64,000 bases of DNA from positions 13,319 to 77,318 of the forward strand of contig CAMOWU010000001.1 of the NCBI GenBank assembly GCA_946628545.1, read 5' to 3'. The translations under genes were made by a program, and so were the position numbers. The stretch comes from an uncultured Bacteroides sp. Its GTDB lineage: Bacteria > Bacteroidota > Bacteroidia > Bacteroidales > Bacteroidaceae. Positions 62,232-64,000 of this stretch are shown here, piece after piece. The notes beneath the pieces were generated by a model, which was given only the letters and a program-made list of their open reading frames with translations, made no database searches and was not told the DNA's origin. Every line of letters starts with the position of its first letter. The stretch's first letter is position 1.

Positions 62232-64000
62232 ATGAGACGTTTTCTGATTTCAATGATATGCCTGGTCTTCATGGCGACCACAACCAAGGCTCAGCAACAC
62301 CGCCTCTGGTACAGTCATCCCGCATCGCATTGGCTGGAGGCCCTGCCCATCGGCAACTCGCAACTGGGCGCCATGGTCTATGGCGGAACAAACGTGGAGG
62401 AGATACAACTCAACGAGGAAACTTTCTGGTCGGGTTCACCCCACAACAACAACTCCAAGGAGTCAAGGGACCACATGCAGGAGATCCGCGACCTCATCTT
62501 CAAAGGACAGGAACTGGATGCCCAGGCACTGCTCGACAAATATGTGGTGAAAGGGCCGCACGGCATGCGCTACCTGACTTTAGGCAGTATGAAACTGGAC
62601 ATCGGACACCAGAATGTGACGGACTACCAGCGCGACCTGCAACTGGACAAAGCCATCGCCACAACCCGCTACAACGTTGATGGAGTGGAATATGAACGCA
62701 CAGCGTTCGCCTCGCTCACCGACCATGCCATCATCGTCCACCTGACCGCCAGCAAACGGGGCGCATTGCGTTTCCGCCTCTCCCACGACGGTCCTATCCC
62801 TGCCACATACCAAGTGGAAGGGCATCAGTTGACTGCCACGATGCAGAACGTGGAGCAGGAAGGCATTGCCGGTGGACTGACTGCTGAACTGCGCATTCAG
62901 GTCATGACAGACGGTAAGGTGGAAGACGGACAGAAGGACATCAGCGTGGACAAGGCCACCAGCGCCACACTCTACCTCGTCGCCGCCACCAACTTCGTGA
63001 ACTATTACACCATCAATGGCGACCCACATAAGAAGAACGACAAGTCGCTCAACGGGCTCAAGGGCTTGAGCTACAAACAACTGCTCGACCGACATGTCAA
63101 AGCCTACAAAGAGCAGTATGAACGGGTATGCCTGACGCTACCCAAGTCGTCAAACTCTGAACTGGAGACCGACAAACGACTGGCCAACTTCGCACAGACA
63201 AGCGAAACCAGTGACAACGATGCCGACATGGTGTCGCTGATGATGCAGTACGGGCGTTACCTGCTGATCTCATCCTCACAACCAGGTGGACAGCCAGCCA
63301 ATCTGCAAGGGGTATGGAACAGCAGCATGAATGCACCTTGGGACTCGAAATACACCATCAACATCAATGCCGAGATGAACTACTGGCCTGCACTGGTAGG
63401 CAACTTGGCGGAAACACAGATGCCGCTGTTCACCATGATCAAGGACCTGAGCCAGACAGGTGCTCTGACTGCAGAGACGATGTATGGATGCCGTGGTTGG
63501 GTGGCACACCACAACACCGACCTCTGGCGCATCGCCGGTCCTGTGGATGCCACGCCATGGGGCATGTTCCCCACTGGAGGCGCTTGGCTGACCACTCATC
63601 TGTGGCAACATTATCTCTTCACGGGCGACAAAGTGTTCCTCGCCAACTATTTCAAAGTGATGAAGGGTGCTGCCGACTTCCTGCTCGACTATATGCACGT
63701 ACATCCTCAATATGGTTGGCTGATGACGGTGCCTACCGTCTCACCTGAGCATGGACCAGAGGGTAAAGGTACCAACGTGACCGCTGGCTCCACCATGGAC
63801 AACCAAATCGCACTCGATGTGCTTAGCCAGACGCTTATGGCCATGGAGACACTGGGTATCGACGATGCGGACTATGCCAAACGGCTCCGTGATGCCATCG
63901 CCTTGCTTCCTCCCATGCAGATAGGCCGGTACGGCCAATTGCAGGAATGGCTCATCGATGCCGACAATCCCAAGGACGAGCACCGACATATCTCCCACCT
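62232..64000 (+). CDS. Glycoside hydrolase family 95 (alpha-L-fucosidase/alpha-L-galactosidase-like), 3' end beyond the window
   Basis: It is absent from the ORF track because no stop is reached. ATG 62232 gives MRRFLISMICLVFMATTTKAQQHRLWYSHPASHWLEALPIGNSQLGAMVYGGTNVEEIQLNEETFWSGSP. The same frame at about 63300 gives NLQGVWNSSMNAPWDSKYTININAEMNYWPA. Both are GH95 hallmark blocks. Confidence 0.85.
   Translation, partial: MRRFLISMICLVFMATTTKAQQHRLWYSHPASHWLEALPIGNSQLGAMVYGGTNVEEIQLNEETFWSGSPHNNNSKESRDHMQEIRDLIFKGQELDAQALLDKYVVKGPHGMRYLTLGSMKLDIGHQNVTDYQRDLQLDKAIATTRYNVDGVEYERTAFASLTDHAIIVHLTASKRGALRFRLSHDGPIPATYQVEGHQLTATMQNVEQEGIAGGLTAELRIQVMTDGKVEDGQKDISVDKATSATLYLVAATNFVNYYTINGDPHKKNDKSLNGLKGLSYKQLLDRHVKAYKEQYERVCLTLPKSSNSELETDKRLANFAQTSETSDNDADMVSLMMQYGRYLLISSSQPGGQPANLQGVWNSSMNAPWDSKYTININAEMNYWPALVGNLAETQMPLFTMIKDLSQTGALTAETMYGCRGWVAHHNTDLWRIAGPVDATPWGMFPTGGAWLTTHLWQHYLFTGDKVFLANYFKVMKGAADFLLDYMHVHPQYGWLMTVPTVSPEHGPEGKGTNVTAGSTMDNQIALDVLSQTLMAMETLGIDDADYAKRLRDAIALLPPMQIGRYGQLQEWLIDADNPKDEHRHISH

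Noticed and set aside
62207-62680. The listed 157-aa ORF immediately after the GH43 gene.
   Set aside because: It is out of frame with, and overlapped by, the open-ended GH95 reading frame starting at 62232. That frame shows hallmark GH95 blocks (LWYSHPASHWLEALPIGN...; NINAEMNYWP). The 157-aa translation is Pro/Gly/Arg-rich and has no motifs.
1-64000. A search by eye for tRNA, rRNA, tmRNA and RNase P genes, reverse transcriptase/DGR, integrase or att-like sites, and toxin-antitoxin pairs.
   Set aside because: No T-loop (GGTTCGAATCC-like) cloverleaf candidates, rRNA-like stretches, YADD reverse-transcriptase motifs or integrase genes were noticed. This is a visual scan only, so tRNAscan-SE/Infernal and HMM searches would be needed to exclude them formally.

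Overview
This 64-kb window looks like a Bacteroidota chromosome, probably Prevotellaceae-like. The taxon is an inference from TAnnTTTG promoter boxes, a T9SS-type C-terminal domain, a SusC-style TonB receptor and GC-rich palindromic intergenic repeats. All family calls come from by-eye motif recognition on the supplied translations; no searches were run.

Gene order:
- RND efflux operon: adaptor, pump, an extra beta-barrel and the outer-membrane factor, with a MITE-like repeat inside it.
- yigZ, then a 1920-aa alpha-2-macroglobulin with no thioester motif.
- Acyltransferase-3 and a DUF362-like protein.
- A 1148-aa T9SS cargo protein with no recognisable catalytic domain.
- A glycyl-radical operon: activase, PutA-like PRODH/P5CDH, a 789-aa HypD-like glycyl radical enzyme, and a 53-codon ORF.
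- A repeat-bounded block at about 28.1-36.2 kb that looks AT-richer by eye. It holds a 1336-aa cytoplasmic protein with an AlbA_2/Schlafen-type core and an AAA+ ATPase.
- A BASS transporter.
- A five-gene biotin-dependent acyl-CoA carboxylase operon led by a cobalamin riboswitch. It lies between inverted IS-end repeats, next to a decayed ISAzo13-like element.
- A mutarotase.
- A cluster of TonB receptor, small lipoprotein, beta-barrel, LTD lipoprotein and M16 protease.
- A CAZyme set: a PL11 rhamnogalacturonan lyase ending in a dockerin, a tandem GH43-CBM6 enzyme, and a GH95 cut by the window end.

No rRNA, tRNA or CRISPR array was seen.

Best candidates for something undescribed:
1. The B12-riboswitch-controlled carboxylase operon carried as apparent IS-bounded cargo.
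2. The HypD-like enzyme wired to PutA.
3. The giant AlbA_2 protein and AAA+ ATPase island.
4. The TonB receptor/M16 protease import-like cluster.
5. Two arrays of the heptamer AAAGNCT that place stop codons in all six frames.
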